Source: Pelomyxa schiedti
Taxonomy: Eukaryota; Protista; Evosea
NCBI GenBank assembly: GCA_020536535.1
Contig: JAHLWZ010000801.1
Location: 62,001 to 126,000 of the forward strand
Length of the DNA stretch: 64,000 nucleotides
Direction of reading: 5' to 3'
The notes under the pieces: generated by a model
Seen by the model: the letters and a program-made list of their open reading frames with translations, nothing else
Told to the model about the DNA's origin: nothing
The model's database searches: none
Part shown: positions 63,340-64,000 of the stretch, in pieces
How the letters are laid out: every line of letters begins with the position of its first letter
How positions within the stretch are numbered: the first letter of the stretch is position 1
Position numbers and translations under genes: made by a program

Positions 63340-63760
63340 GAATTGGGATTTGTTCTCAATCTGGCGCAATACTTTCCACCGCAGTTACAGGCACCATTGC
63401 TACCCGTCCCACATCCACAGACCCCACCTGGGGCACCGGAACACGTATCCAGAGACCAGAGGCAGTATTCCCCATTCCCACATTCGGAGCTGCAGTCACA
63501 TCCTCCGCCGGTACACCATGTGACGTAATGGAATCCTCCACTCACTCCCCCTGGACCACATGTGTGCCCCATAACACGCACACAAGGGTTGCACGCTATC
63601 CGCGTCATACACAGAGGTGCACCCCACACGTTGTTGACAGGTCCAGCACAAAAAACAGGTCCAGCTTCTCGTGACTCAAAATGTAGGTACCCAGTGTGTC
63701 CCTCTCCAACGCCATAGCTAAGGTTGATCCTGTTATGAGAGCAAGAAGTAGAAGGAGCAA
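63340..63760 (-). CDS. Cys/Gly-rich exon(s) of unknown function; either upstream exons of the MYND gene or the end of a neighbouring gene
   Basis: Open frame ...CGPGGVSGGFHYVTWCTGGGCDCSSECGNGEYCLWSLDTCSGAPGGVCGCGTGSNGACNCGGKYCAR. Confidence 0.45.
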
Positions 63761-64000
63761 GTCCTGCTGCAGTATATATCGGCGGGGAAACGCACGGGAG
63801 AGGAACAGTGCACAAGCACCCAGGGGCTCTGGTAAGAAGTGCTGCCAGATGACAAGAATTGGGACTGAAACACACATCTCTATAAGACAGACTAAGATCA
63901 CGGAATATTATCTCGAAATACGGTGCTGGTGAAGTGTGTATTTTGAACCTGTATCGATATAAGAAACAATATTAATATTCAACAGTAAAAAGAAGGGATA

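Noticed and set aside
1-64000. Alternative genetic code or stop-codon readthrough to explain fragmented ORFs
   Set aside because: The breaks I examined are explained by short spliceosomal introns or local frameshifts, and intronless genes read normally in the standard code.

Overview
Gene-dense eukaryotic (protist) DNA with many short GT-AG introns, so most ORF-track entries are exon fragments or shadow ORFs. A CudA-like transcription factor, BBS7 and several bacterial-type metabolic genes suggest a flagellate anaerobic amoebozoan, possibly an archamoeba such as Pelomyxa (inference). Bases 1-15082 form one giant inverted repeat (position x pairs with 15083-x) that duplicates a GT8 glycosyltransferase, BBS7 and the 3' end of an NT-C2/coiled-coil/DIL gene. 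Its 172-bp non-identical centre holds an imperfect hairpin on exactly the same symmetry axis. The rest encodes a RING-coiled-coil-pseudokinase, the CudA-like TF, WAPL, a bacterial-like six-hairpin glycosidase, two Crinkler-type NTPase/REase/kinase loci (one or both disrupted), an LRR-coiled-coil protein, an intronless Sel1-repeat gene, a Dsc3-like protein, an IQ-RhoGEF-PH-RhoGAP-villin-headpiece protein, a PfkB kinase, a homeobox gene, a ZIP transporter, a START protein and a MYND-finger protein. The strongest biological novelty is an intron-rich, single-gene EutB-EutC fusion: a B12-dependent ethanolamine ammonia-lyase with apparently intact active-site residues in a eukaryote. No tRNA, rRNA or CRISPR array was recognised. 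Multi-exon coordinates are manual estimates and family assignments rest on recalled motifs, not database searches.
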